Positions 30,701 to 40,982 of a stretch of DNA of 64,000 bases are shown one piece after another. The notes below the pieces were generated by a model that was given only the letters and a program-made list of their open reading frames with translations, did no database searches and had not been told where the DNA came from. The DNA is taken from the NCBI GenBank assembly GCA_024275955.1, contig JAJRYD010000029.1:4500-68499 (forward strand), given 5' to 3'. This DNA is from Nitrospirota bacterium (GTDB lineage: Bacteria > Nitrospinota_A > UBA7883 > JACRGQ01). Position numbers and translations under genes: made by a program. How positions within the stretch are numbered: position 1 is the first letter of the stretch; each line of letters starts with the position of its first letter.

Positions 30701-31676
30701 TATCGAGCGAAGCAGGCTGTCCGCGACCAGCAAAATCAAGAAAATAGCACGCGAAGAATATCTCCGGCGGCTCGACTCGATGCAAGAGGAATTTAAGATG
30801 GAGAGGGAGAGCCGGCTTGAACTATTGATAAGGGATATTGACTCTGAAAAGAAAATTCAAATGAGCCGTATAGGTGAGACGATTTTAAGGAAAAAGGAAG
30901 ATGCTCTTTTAGAGCTTGAAAACGAGCTAATCGGGGTTAGGGCTAAAAAGCTGTCTGAGGTAGAAAGATATGTGGAAACTCAAGAAAGGAAAGTAGATGA
31001 AAGGCTCGACAAAAGATATTCCGAGCTTTTAAGGAAAAAAGATGAGTGGGTAGATTTTGAGGCGAGAAAGACAGCTATTAAAGCCAAGGAAAGATTGCAC
31101 GAGGAGCTTGAATCTGAAAAAGAGCGCTGGCTTCAGGGATACCTTGCGTAAAGTAATTTAGAGAAAGAGCATCTTCGCTCCAAGATGCTGGAAGAGATTA
31201 AAGACGAAAAGAAGAAAATGCTCGCGGAGGCTATGGAGTCGGTCGACATTGAGAGAGAAAAACGCTTTCTGGAGATAACGGAAAGCCTGCATGGTGAAAG
31301 CAGAAAGGAGCGAGAGTCTCTCTATAAGAAGCTGGAGCTTTGGGAGCTGGAGCGCAAAGGCGAGATAGAGAGTGAGCTTGACGAGGAAAAAGAAAAACGG
31401 CTTGAAGCTTTTGAAAGAGAAATGCAGATAGAGCGCAACAGAAAAATGGAGCAGATGCGTGTCGAGATTAAGACCGAGGAGTATTCCAAACGGCAGGAGA
31501 TACTTTCTGAAATAATGCAGAGAAAGTCGGAGCTTGATAACTTTTATCAGAATGAGAAAAAGAAATATCTTGAAAGACTGCAAGATGAAATTTTAAAGGA
31601 AGGACAAAAGGGTAGAGCGCCGGAAATTCTTCAAGACGAGATCGAAAGGCTTCAACGCAAATGGCGGATGAACTGA
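27771..31676 (+). CDS. MinD/FlhG-like P-loop ATPase fused to a very long E/K/R-rich helical region; interrupted by in-frame TAA at 31149-31151
   Basis: Motifs SVTGTAGGAGKTT, VLVVDLG and FIFLDLG. ORFs 27771-31151 and 31185-31676 share a frame, and helical composition continues across the stop (YLA*SNLEKEHLRSKMLEE). Confidence 0.75.
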
Positions 31677-32198
31677 CCGGCAATAGGCCACGGATAGGCA
31701 AGGTATTCGGCTCTTAATCTTTAGACGGCAATATCTTAGAGAACCTGCGCTCAGCTCGCTTATGATCGAGTTTGCCAAGAAGGATGCCGGAAATAATGTA
31801 AACGGGCAGTTACACAGAATTATTTACAGGGTCTTTTTTTGTCGTACATTTTTAGTTTTTATAAACTTCTGTTTTTGCCTTTAGGCGCGCGTACGCAGGC
31901 AGTTCGTTAATTTTTCGCAAAACTACCCCTCCAGTTCCCCGCCTGCGGTCTCTACCGTTTTGACAGCCACTAGGAGTTTTCTTAAATTTTTTTTGCGTCT
32001 CTCTTGAGTTGATAGAGAAGTGAACCTCTTGCTCCTTATTTTTAAACCGTACGACAATGCAGACGGTAATGAGTTTACAAGCGTATTTTCAGTTATTTAT
32101 TCTTTAAAGCGACTTTAAGTGATTGCCTGTAAATAGTCGTCGTGGTAATGTAACTCCCTTATTTGGAACTGATTTTCAACCTAAACGGTGGAGTTTTT

Positions 32199-33032
32199 GT
32201 GAACTTTACGAACGACATTGACGAACTAAAAGAGATATCCCGCAGGATGCGGATTGACATACTTAAGATGCTCCATAAATCTGGTTCTGGGCATCCTGGC
32301 GGGTCGCTTTCCTGCGTAGACTTTCTGGTCGCTCTTTATTTTTCCAAGCTGGACCACTCTCCTGCTAGAGGTAAAAGAGATAAGCGCGACAAATTTGTCC
32401 TCTCCAAGGGGCATGCGGCACCTGCCCTTTATTCCGTTTTAGCCGAGGCCGGGTATTTTGACAAGGACGAACTCTGGACACTCCGGCAACTCAAAAGTTC
32501 GCTCAGCGGCCACCCACACGCTCTTTCTACCCCCGGTGTCGAGATAACAACCGGCTCGCTTGGTCAGGGGCTTTCGCAGGCAAACGGCATAGCGCTGGCC
32601 GATAGGCTAAACGGCCACGATTCCAATGTTTACTGCGTTATTGGCGATGGCGAAAACCAAGAAGGGCAGATATGGGAAGCGGCGATGACAGCGGCTCATT
32701 ACAAGCTTGGGGGGATGATTGTGTTTCTCGATAATAACGACCTGCAGATTGATGGTCATCTGCGTGATGTTATGAGCATATACCCGATAAAGGAGAAGTG
32801 GGAAGCTTTTGGCTGGCACCTAGAGGAGATAGACGGCCACGACTTTGGGCAGATATTCGAGGCTATTGAGAACGCAAAGAAGGAGAAGGAAAAGCCTTCG
32901 CTGATATGGGGACATACAGTGAAAGGTAAAGGCGTTTCCTTTATGGAAGGCTTGGCGAAATGGCATGGCGTGGTGCCAAGCGATGAAGAACTAAAAACAG
33001 CTCTTAAAGAGCTTGCGCCGGCGGGGAAATAG
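32199..33032 (+). CDS. Transketolase, N-terminal subunit
   Basis: Motifs GHPGGSLS, SKGHAAPALY, TGSLGQG and GDGE.QEGQ.WEA. GTG start after GGAG. Confidence 0.93.
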   Translation: MNFTNDIDELKEISRRMRIDILKMLHKSGSGHPGGSLSCVDFLVALYFSKLDHSPARGKRDKRDKFVLSKGHAAPALYSVLAEAGYFDKDELWTLRQLKSSLSGHPHALSTPGVEITTGSLGQGLSQANGIALADRLNGHDSNVYCVIGDGENQEGQIWEAAMTAAHYKLGGMIVFLDNNDLQIDGHLRDVMSIYPIKEKWEAFGWHLEEIDGHDFGQIFEAIENAKKEKEKPSLIWGHTVKGKGVSFMEGLAKWHGVVPSDEELKTALKELAPAGK

Positions 33033-33034
33033 AG

Positions 33035-33985
33035 ATGGCAGAACAGTTGGCTCTTCGTGAATATTACGGCAAAACGATTGTCGAGCTTGGGGAAACCAAT
33101 AAAGATATTGTGGTGCTGGATGCCGATCTTTCCGGCTCTACCAAAACATCGATGTTCGCGAAAAAATTCCCTGACCGTTTTTTTAATATGGGGGTGGCCG
33201 AGCAGAATCTTATAGGCACAGCGTCTGGGCTGGCGGCTGGCGGCAAAATACCTTTTGCCTCTACCTTTTCCATTTTCGCGAGCGGCAGGGCGTGGGAGCA
33301 GGTAAGGCAGGCGGTATGTTATCCGAGACAGAATGTAAAGATAGTCGCCACTCATGGCGGTATTACCGTCGGGCCGGACGGCCCTTCGCATCAGGCGACG
33401 GAAGATGTTTCGCTCATGCGCTCGATACCTAATATGAACGTAGTAGTGCCGGCCGACGCATACGAGACAGCGGCGGCTGTAAGGAGAGCGGCTGAATATA
33501 ATGGGCCTGTTTTTATACGCCTCGCGCGCGGAAAATTTCCGGTAATTTATGACGAGTCTAAAACCTATTCGTTTGGGAAAGCCGATTTTCTAAAGAAAGG
33601 GAGCGGCCTTTCGATCATCGCGTGCGGGCTTATGGTAAGCATAGCGATGGAAGCGGCCGAGATCTTAGAAAATGACGGCGAGTCTGTCTCGGTTATTAAT
33701 ATGTCGAGCATTAAACCGCTGGACAAAGAGGCGGTTTTGACAGCGGCTCGGGAAACTGGAGCTATAGTAACAGCTGAAGAGCATTCCATAATAGGCGGGC
33801 TTGGCAGTGCGGTTGCGGAGACGGTTTGCGAGGATGAGCCTGTGCCTGTTGTAAGAGTCGGCGTTCGGGATATGTTCTGCTCTTCCGGTTCAGCAGAGGA
33901 ACTGCTTGAGTGCTATCATCTTGACAGCAAGTCGATAGTGGAAGCTGGGAGGAAGGCGCTTTCTCTTAAAAGGCCGACCGGCTAA
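33035..33985 (+). CDS. Transketolase, C-terminal subunit
   Basis: Motifs GVAEQN, DGPSHQ, SIKPLD and EEHSIIGGLG. Confidence 0.93.
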   Translation: MAEQLALREYYGKTIVELGETNKDIVVLDADLSGSTKTSMFAKKFPDRFFNMGVAEQNLIGTASGLAAGGKIPFASTFSIFASGRAWEQVRQAVCYPRQNVKIVATHGGITVGPDGPSHQATEDVSLMRSIPNMNVVVPADAYETAAAVRRAAEYNGPVFIRLARGKFPVIYDESKTYSFGKADFLKKGSGLSIIACGLMVSIAMEAAEILENDGESVSVINMSSIKPLDKEAVLTAARETGAIVTAEEHSIIGGLGSAVAETVCEDEPVPVVRVGVRDMFCSSGSAEELLECYHLDSKSIVEAGRKALSLKRPTG

Positions 33986-34006
33986 ACCCTAAAATTGGAA
34001 TTGTAA

Positions 34007-34486
34007 ATGGGAGTAGCAGTCTATCCGGGAACTTTTGACCCTGTTACCAACGGGCATCTTGATTTGATTAACAGGAGTTTATCAGTTTTTGGAAAGGTAA
34101 TCGTCGCTGTTGCCGATAACAGCGGGAAAGGCCCGTTATTTACTGTTGATGAGAGGGTGGAGCTTGTGAGAGAATCTACAAAAGGTATTGCGGGTGTGGA
34201 GATTTTTTCCTTTAATAACCTCCTGACGGAGTTTTGTACTATGCATGGTGCTACGGTTGTAGTGCGTGGCCTGAGAGCTGTTTCCGACTTTGAGTACGAA
34301 TTACAGCTTAGCCAGATGAACCGAAAATTAAACGATAAAATAGAATCAGTTTTTTTGATGCCTAGCGAGGAGTACACTTTTCTAAGCTCCAAAATAATTA
34401 AAGAGGTAGCAAGCTTCGGCGGTGATGTTTCGAGCCTTGTGCCGTTGCCTGTAGAAGATGCGTTAAAGAGAAAGTTTGGCAGGTAA
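34007..34486 (+). CDS. coaD: Pantetheine-phosphate adenylyltransferase
   Basis: Motifs YPGTFDPVTNGH and RGLRAVSDFEYE. Confidence 0.97.
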   Translation: MGVAVYPGTFDPVTNGHLDLINRSLSVFGKVIVAVADNSGKGPLFTVDERVELVRESTKGIAGVEIFSFNNLLTEFCTMHGATVVVRGLRAVSDFEYELQLSQMNRKLNDKIESVFLMPSEEYTFLSSKIIKEVASFGGDVSSLVPLPVEDALKRKFGR

Positions 34487-34494
34487 AGAATAAG

Positions 34495-35685
34495 ATGAAA
34501 CTAGCAAAAAGAATGTCGTCTTTCGCCCCTTCGGCGACAATGGCAATAGGCGCTCTGGTTAATGAAAAGCGGAACGAAGGCAAAGATATTATCGGGTTTT
34601 CTGCTGGTGAGCCTGATTTCGACGTGCCTGACTTCGCAAAAGAGGCGGCGATAAAAGCGATAAGAGAGGGAAAGAACAAGTACACTCCTGTCGGCGGGCA
34701 TGACGTTCTCAAGGACGCGATAATTAACCATATAAAAAAAGAGACAGGTATTTCGTATACCAAAAAAGAGGTTATGGTCTCGCTTGGTGGCAAACATTCG
34801 CTTTATAACATTTCGCAGGTGCTTTTCGAAGAAGGCGACGAGGTTATTATTTTTGCTCCTTACTGGGTGAGCTACCCGGACCAGATAAAACTTGCCGGAG
34901 GCAAGCCGGTAATAATCAACTGTGCCGGAGAGAACGGATTTAATCCCGACCCTGATGAAATTACGGCAAAAATCACAGAAAAAACTAAAGGGATAATTCT
35001 AAATTCTCCAAGCAACCCGTCTGGCGGAGTTTTTACCGACGCAGTTGTAAGGAAGATAGCCGACCTTGTGGTTAAGCATAACCTTGTGCTTATATCCGAT
35101 GAAATATACGACAAAATAGTTTATGACGGGGTAAAACCGCTCGCGCCTATAACGATAAGCGAGGAGGTTAGAAAACGGACTCTGCTTGTGAACGGGTTTT
35201 CAAAAACATTTTCGATGACCGGCTGGAGGCTTGGGTATACTCTTGGGCCGCAGGATATAATTTCCGCGATGGTAAAGATACAGGGGCAGTCGACTTCTAA
35301 TCCTGTAACGCCTATGCAGTTTGGAGCGGCCGAAGCTCTTTGCGATTTTTCATTTTTAAGTGAGAGGGTGGAAACGTTTCGTGAAAGACGGGATATAATG
35401 GTGAAGGCTATGAATTTGCTGGACGGCGTTGAGTCTGTTTCTCCAAAGGGAGCGTTTTATCTTTTTCCAGATTTTTCAAAATGGATAGGTAAGACAGTTG
35501 ATGGTGAGAGAATAGATAACTCGCTTAAACTTACGGAGCTTTTAATAGAGAAGGCGCTTATAGCTCCGGTGCCAGGCTCTGCTTTCGGGATGGAAAACCA
35601 CCTTCGTTTTTCCTATGCCATGGATACAGAGCGGCTTAAAGAAGGGCTTGTCCGTCTTGCCGATTTTGCCAAACGTATGAGCTGA
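34495..35685 (+). CDS. aspC: Aspartate aminotransferase (class I/II PLP enzyme)
   Basis: Motifs GEPDF, NSPSNPSG, DEIY and SKTFSMTGWRLG. Confidence 0.88.
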   Translation: MKLAKRMSSFAPSATMAIGALVNEKRNEGKDIIGFSAGEPDFDVPDFAKEAAIKAIREGKNKYTPVGGHDVLKDAIINHIKKETGISYTKKEVMVSLGGKHSLYNISQVLFEEGDEVIIFAPYWVSYPDQIKLAGGKPVIINCAGENGFNPDPDEITAKITEKTKGIILNSPSNPSGGVFTDAVVRKIADLVVKHNLVLISDEIYDKIVYDGVKPLAPITISEEVRKRTLLVNGFSKTFSMTGWRLGYTLGPQDIISAMVKIQGQSTSNPVTPMQFGAAEALCDFSFLSERVETFRERRDIMVKAMNLLDGVESVSPKGAFYLFPDFSKWIGKTVDGERIDNSLKLTELLIEKALIAPVPGSAFGMENHLRFSYAMDTERLKEGLVRLADFAKRMS

Positions 35686-35866
35686 TTTCCACTTTTCTCC
35701 GCAGAACTTTAACTCTCGCCTGAGTTTGGACTTTTATAGTTTAATATGTTGCTGAAATTTTGGCACCGGCAGGCTAGTGTATGTAATGAATAATTGCGTT
35801 TTAAGTATATCTAATACGCTTTTTCTTCTCATAGCTTATGCTGTTTTATAAAGCCTGTTTAGGCGG

Positions 35867-35895
35867 TTGGCTAGTTCTTGGCACAAGGGTATAAT
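35867..35895 (+). promoter_or_regulatory. Putative sigma-70 promoter of the diguanylate cyclase gene
   Basis: TTGGCT - 17 nt - TATAAT, about 80 nt upstream of ATG 35975. Confidence 0.45.
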
Positions 35896-35974
35896 AATTT
35901 GCTAAATTAAGGTTGCTTTGCACTCCATCGCATGGCTTGAGGCGGTGATATGGCTGGCTGATTAAAGGGGATAT

Positions 35975-38101
35975 ATGGGGAAAGCTGAAGCAGGGAAGAT
36001 GCCGATAAAGGATATTCTTACCTCCAAGGTTGTATTTTGCGACCCAGATAGTCATCTTTCTGTTGCGGCCAACACCATGATAGAAAAGAAGATAAGTTCT
36101 CTTTTGGTAGTGGATGGCGATACGCCTATCGGCATAGTTACCGAGAGCAATCTGGTAAGAATGGCAAATGACGGCAGACCATTTGAGACGACCAAAGTGA
36201 AAGATGTAATGAGCAGTCCGCTTGTTACCGCTCATGGTGATCTCGATGTTTTTGACGCTTACCGTGTTATCTGTTCCAACGGTATTCGCCACATAGCGAT
36301 TGTCGATGACGACGGCAAGGCTGTTGGTATCGTGAGTTATACAAACATAATATCCGGCATGGGGCTGGCGCAGGGGATGGTGCGTAAAGTTTCCAAAATA
36401 ATGACAAAAAAGCCTTTGACCTGCTCCCCATCTGACAGCCTTAAAGAGGTAATATCCAAAATGGTTGAGGAAAATTTCAGCTATACCATTGCTATGAAAG
36501 AGCGGAAGCCTTTGGGGATTGTAAGCGAACGGGATGTAGCAAGGCTTCTAACCGAGAGGGCCGCTCTCGATAGGCTGACTGTGGCTGAGGTGATGAGCCA
36601 CCCTCTTTTATCTATCGACCCGAACATGCCTATTCAAGAGGCGGCGCGCTTAATGCGGGAGAGAAAACATAGACGGCTTGTGGTGACAAGCGGAAACGGG
36701 AACCTGTCTGGAGTGGTTTCTCAGGGCGATATTATCAAAGGAATGATGGAAGGCAGGTATATCCAATCGCTAAAAGATATCGTAATGAAAGAGGAGCAGG
36801 TTCTAAGCGCTTTTGAAGAGACTTTAATAAAGAAAACTATTTTTCTCGACAGCATGCTTAATTCGGCCAAAGACCTCGCGGTAATAGCTACCGATACTGA
36901 GATGCGGATCGTTTATTTTAATTCTGCGGCTGAAGATGTTTTTGGGTACAAGCTAAATCAGGTGATTGGTAAAACCGTCATGCAGATACATAGCAAAGAG
37001 AAAGACGGCAATTTTATGAATTTTGAGATGGCTATGAATCAGGTGAGGGAAGAAGGCGAATATAGCGTAATCATCGAGTTAAAAAGAGGCTGTGAAAAAA
37101 GAGTTGTCGGCTTGAGAATATCGCCGATTATTGATTACCGCGACAGGAAAAAGACTACTCAAGGGTTTATGCTGATGGGCAAGAATATAGAAGGGCGGAT
37201 GCGTAATGAGGACATACTAAGACAGCAGGAAGCAAAATGGCGTTCTCTTTTTGAGAGTTCCAAAGATGTTGTCTACATATCCGACCTTGACGGGAACCTG
37301 ATTGAAATGAACCAGACAGGCGCCGACCTTTTTGGCTATAAACAAGAAGAAATACTAAGCAAAAATATGAAAGAGTTTTACAAAAACCCTGAAGATAGAG
37401 ACGCATTCGTGGAAAAGATAAGAACTCACAAGTATGTGAAAGACCACGAGGCAGAACTTGTAAATAGAAAGGGAGAACTGATTTTTGCCCGCATTACCGC
37501 CGCTATCCAAAAAGACAAGGCGGGGAAAATCTCCGGCTATCAGGGGATAATAAGGGACGCTACGGAGCATAAGAAAAAAGAAGAAGCGATAAGCTTCCTT
37601 GCTTTCCACGACGCGCTTACATCACTGCCTAATAGACGCACGTTTGAAGATAGGCTCTCGAATACTCTTGAGCATGCCAAACGAACCAAAGAGACGGGGG
37701 CGGTGATGTTTATGGACCTAGACGGCTTCAAGGCGGTAAACGATAACCTTGGACACGATGTGGGAGACGCACTGCTTAAAAAGGTCGCGGAGATACTTAA
37801 CAGCTGTGTACGAGCGGAAGATACCGTGGCAAGATTCGGCGGAGACGAGTTTGTAATTCTGCTTCCGGTTGTAAGAAGTGTGAAAGATGCCGCTATGGTC
37901 GCCAACAAGGTGGTCGGTGCTATCAACCAGACCCAGAAGATAATGTGTAACGATCTGCTGGTAGGAATGAGTATTGGTATAGCACTCTTCCCTGATGACG
38001 GCCTTCAGCCCGACATACTTATCAAAAAGGCGGATAACGCGATGTATCTTGCCAAGCAGTCCGGCAAGAACTGCTATAAGGTTTATTCAGAAAACTTTTA
38101 A
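35975..38101 (+). CDS. Diguanylate cyclase with 4 CBS and 2 PAS domains
   Basis: Two CBS pairs, two PAS segments, HDALTSLPNR, the RAED I-site and an intact GGDEF. Confidence 0.92.
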   Translation: MGKAEAGKMPIKDILTSKVVFCDPDSHLSVAANTMIEKKISSLLVVDGDTPIGIVTESNLVRMANDGRPFETTKVKDVMSSPLVTAHGDLDVFDAYRVICSNGIRHIAIVDDDGKAVGIVSYTNIISGMGLAQGMVRKVSKIMTKKPLTCSPSDSLKEVISKMVEENFSYTIAMKERKPLGIVSERDVARLLTERAALDRLTVAEVMSHPLLSIDPNMPIQEAARLMRERKHRRLVVTSGNGNLSGVVSQGDIIKGMMEGRYIQSLKDIVMKEEQVLSAFEETLIKKTIFLDSMLNSAKDLAVIATDTEMRIVYFNSAAEDVFGYKLNQVIGKTVMQIHSKEKDGNFMNFEMAMNQVREEGEYSVIIELKRGCEKRVVGLRISPIIDYRDRKKTTQGFMLMGKNIEGRMRNEDILRQQEAKWRSLFESSKDVVYISDLDGNLIEMNQTGADLFGYKQEEILSKNMKEFYKNPEDRDAFVEKIRTHKYVKDHEAELVNRKGELIFARITAAIQKDKAGKISGYQGIIRDATEHKKKEEAISFLAFHDALTSLPNRRTFEDRLSNTLEHAKRTKETGAVMFMDLDGFKAVNDNLGHDVGDALLKKVAEILNSCVRAEDTVARFGGDEFVILLPVVRSVKDAAMVANKVVGAINQTQKIMCNDLLVGMSIGIALFPDDGLQPDILIKKADNAMYLAKQSGKNCYKVYSENF

Positions 38102-38133
38102 CAAGCCGGATTGCCCTTTCGCGGCAGACAGGC

Positions 38134-39057
38134 TCACGGTTTTTCCATGTTTCTTAGCCGTATAAGGAGCTTTGCGAAATCTTCCGGCTGTTCGGCCGTA
38201 AATGTCATCTCTTTTTTTGTTTTGGGATGTATGAGCCTTAGTTCCGCCGCATGGAGGGCGGGGCGGGATATAAGTTTTGTTCTGCGTTTTCCATATACCA
38301 TGTCGCCTAGTATCGGGTGGTTTATCGACGCGAGATGCACCCTTATCTGGTGCGTTCTGCCTGTCCGCAGTTTTACCTTTAGGAACGTAGCTTCTTCGTA
38401 GGTTTCAACCGTCTCAAAGTCCGTTACCGCCTCTTTAGGGGCATTGGTATTTACCGACATTTTTTTTCTATGCTGTGGGTGCCTGCCTATCGGCTTTTCT
38501 ATTCTGCCTTTTTCTTCCCGCATAACTCCGCGTACGACAGCTAGGTAGGCGCGTCCCATAGTATGTTTTGCAAGCTGTTCGCTAAGCGAGAGATGCGCCG
38601 TATCGTTTTTTGCTATCGCTATAAGGCCGGATGTCTCTTTGTCGAGACGATGCACGATGCCGGGGCGCAGTTCGCCGCCTATCCCGGAAAGGTTTTTACA
38701 ATGGTGCAAAAGAGCGTTTACCAGAGTGCCGGTCAAGTTTCCTTTGGCAGGATGAACCACCATCCCGACAGCCTTGTTGACGATTACGATGTCGCCATCT
38801 TCGTAAACGATATCAAGCGGTATATCTTCAGCTATCGTATCTACTGTCTGTGGAATTTCTGGAGCTATTTCGAATTTATCGCCGGCTTTGGTATGGCGGC
38901 TCGGCAGTACCGCCTTGCCGTTCATTAATATCTTTTTTTCCTTTATAAGGCGAGTAACTTTTACGCGTGTAAATTCCGAAAGCTCTCCCGCTAGGTAGCG
39001 GTCTACCCGTATATCTTCGTCCCCCTCCCGCACTACCACAGTTATCGTTTCTGCCAT
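38134..39057 (-). CDS. rluD: RluA/RluD-family pseudouridine synthase
   Basis: S4 domain (RVDRYL), HRLDKETSG and TGRTHQIRVH. The true start is MAETIT at 39057; the ORF-track extension is probably non-coding. Confidence 0.93.
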   Translation of the reverse strand: MAETITVVVREGDEDIRVDRYLAGELSEFTRVKVTRLIKEKKILMNGKAVLPSRHTKAGDKFEIAPEIPQTVDTIAEDIPLDIVYEDGDIVIVNKAVGMVVHPAKGNLTGTLVNALLHHCKNLSGIGGELRPGIVHRLDKETSGLIAIAKNDTAHLSLSEQLAKHTMGRAYLAVVRGVMREEKGRIEKPIGRHPQHRKKMSVNTNAPKEAVTDFETVETYEEATFLKVKLRTGRTHQIRVHLASINHPILGDMVYGKRRTKLISRPALHAAELRLIHPKTKKEMTFTAEQPEDFAKLLIRLRNMEKP

Positions 39058-39563
39058 GGCGCTATAATACCGCTTATCGGAGGTTTGCTGATAAAGATTG
39101 TTTGCGGGGAGAGCCGAAAGCTCAATATATGATTTGAATTTGAAGGGTGGTGGCGATACCCAAAAGGTGATGATAGAGAGCATAAAAACAGGTATCACCA
39201 AAACAGTTGGGGCGATTAAACGAGAAAGAAGCATCAACAGTAACTAAGAACAGTCTTTGGCGGTAACGGTATGGAAAACCTGTTGGTGAATTTTCAAGGC
39301 TGTTGTTGTGAATTATTATTTGCAAGACGGGTGACGCTTTGGGGGGGAATAAAATTTTCTAATAAATAATGGTTTTAGGTTTTACGGTTTGTTTTTGCAG
39401 GTGCCGGTTTCTCTGCTTCTAAAGCTGTTATAAGGTGACGGTTTGAGCGTAAAAAACAGCTCTATAAATCTTTTTGATATCGGCTGAGCGGTTCTTTATT
39501 TTTAACAAAGTATTATTTTAGGTTTGGTTCTGGTATAGTTGCCCCTTAATTGCAGGGGGGGCA

Positions 39564-39860
39564 ATGCATAAGGAAGATATTTTAGATAGCCTTAAATCGG
39601 TTATCGACCCAGAACTCGGCATAAACATAGTCGATTTGGGTTTGATCTATAATGTTAATGTCAGCGGTAACGACGTTTTTGTTACGATGATGATGACTTC
39701 ACAGGCTTGCCCGATGGGAGACCTCCTTAAAATCGAAGTGGTTGATGCCATCAGGAAGATTTTTCCGTCCGCGGGAAAGGTAGAAGCAGTTCTTACGGTA
39801 GATCCGCCGTGGACAAACGAAATGATGTCGGGCGACGCAAGGAAACAGCTTGGACTCTAA
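39564..39860 (+). CDS. Metal-sulfur cluster assembly factor (DUF59/SufT-like)
   Basis: Motifs VIDPELGINIVDLGLIY, T...CP and DPPW...MS. Confidence 0.9.
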   Translation: MHKEDILDSLKSVIDPELGINIVDLGLIYNVNVSGNDVFVTMMMTSQACPMGDLLKIEVVDAIRKIFPSAGKVEAVLTVDPPWTNEMMSGDARKQLGL

Positions 39861-39868
39861 AGGTTTCG

Positions 39869-40954
39869 ATGTTCCTTTATAAAGTAAGGTTTCCTCTGCT
39901 TGCTGTCGGTCTGCTCTCGCTTATCGGCGCGCTCTACTCCGGCCTTATAAGGCTCGGTTTCGATCTGCCGTTTATACATTTCGATTTACCGGAGGCGCAT
40001 GGGCCTCTTATGATTGCCGCCTTTCTCGGTACCGTGATAGGGCTGGAAAGGGCTGTAGCGCTAGAGACACCGTGGGGTTATCTATCTCCGCTTCTTGCCG
40101 GTGTTGGCGGTCTGCTGGCATTGCTTGGTGTTTCTAACGGTGCGCCGCAGTTACTTATCTTTCTTTCGAGCATAGTTCTTATCTTGATGTATGCCGTAGT
40201 TCTAAAGCGGCAGTTAGAGTTTTTTAATGTCATCATGGCGCTTGGCGCTGTCTCTCTTTTTATCGGAAACCTTCTCTGGCTATCCGGCGAGCCTATATAC
40301 AACTTTGTGCTTTGGTGGGTAGCGTTTCTTGTGCTGACGATAGCGGGAGAGAGGCTGGAATTAAGCCGTGTGCTTAGCCATAGCAAAAATATTCTCTCTT
40401 TATTTTCTGTTGCTGTTGCTGTTTTTCTTTTAGGTATTGCGTTAGAGCGGTTCTTGCCCGGCATCGGTGTGCGGATAGCAGGCGTTGGTATGATTTTCAT
40501 TTCGCTCTGGCTACTCACCTTCGGTGTTGCAAGAGTTACGGTAAGGCAGAAAGGCCTTACACGGTATGTGGCTGTCTGTCTTTTGGCCGGCTACTTTTGG
40601 CTGATAATCGGCGGAGCTATAGCGGTAGTTGCCGGCGAGCTGGAGCCGGGCTTTGTGTACGACGCATTCTTGCACGCACTCTTTTTAGGCTTTACATTTA
40701 CCATGATTTTCGGGCATGCGCCGATAATCTTTCCGGCGGTATTGCGGATTCCTGTTCCGTATAGAGCCGGCTTTTATTCGCACCTTCTGCTTTTGCATGT
40801 TTCGCTTTCGCTTAGAGTAGGCGGCGATATCTTTGACCTTGACGAACTGCATGTATGGGGAGGGGTCGGCAACGTGGCGGCTCTTATACTATTTCTCGTC
40901 AACACAGTTTCATCGGTTGTAAGAGGTCTTCTGGCAAAACCTGCTAAGGGGTAA
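39869..40954 (+). CDS. Multi-pass His-containing membrane protein (NnrS-like)
   Basis: About 12 hydrophobic segments with HGPLM...FLGT.IGLERAVAL, GERLEL and HALFLGF..TMIFGHAPII.P. Confidence 0.6.
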   Translation: MFLYKVRFPLLAVGLLSLIGALYSGLIRLGFDLPFIHFDLPEAHGPLMIAAFLGTVIGLERAVALETPWGYLSPLLAGVGGLLALLGVSNGAPQLLIFLSSIVLILMYAVVLKRQLEFFNVIMALGAVSLFIGNLLWLSGEPIYNFVLWWVAFLVLTIAGERLELSRVLSHSKNILSLFSVAVAVFLLGIALERFLPGIGVRIAGVGMIFISLWLLTFGVARVTVRQKGLTRYVAVCLLAGYFWLIIGGAIAVVAGELEPGFVYDAFLHALFLGFTFTMIFGHAPIIFPAVLRIPVPYRAGFYSHLLLLHVSLSLRVGGDIFDLDELHVWGGVGNVAALILFLVNTVSSVVRGLLAKPAKG

Positions 40955-40982
40955 AGGGGGGGCTGGTCTGCTTTGTTCGTTC

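Noticed and set aside
31850-32060. Short minus-strand ORFs (e.g. MRKINELPAYARLKAKTEVYKN after GGAGGGG)
   Set aside because: Too short and with no recognisable motif, so they cannot be supported.
39058-39237. 60-aa hydrophobic N-terminal extension of RluD
   Set aside because: The family starts at the S4 domain, and a -10 box sits just upstream of ATG 39057.
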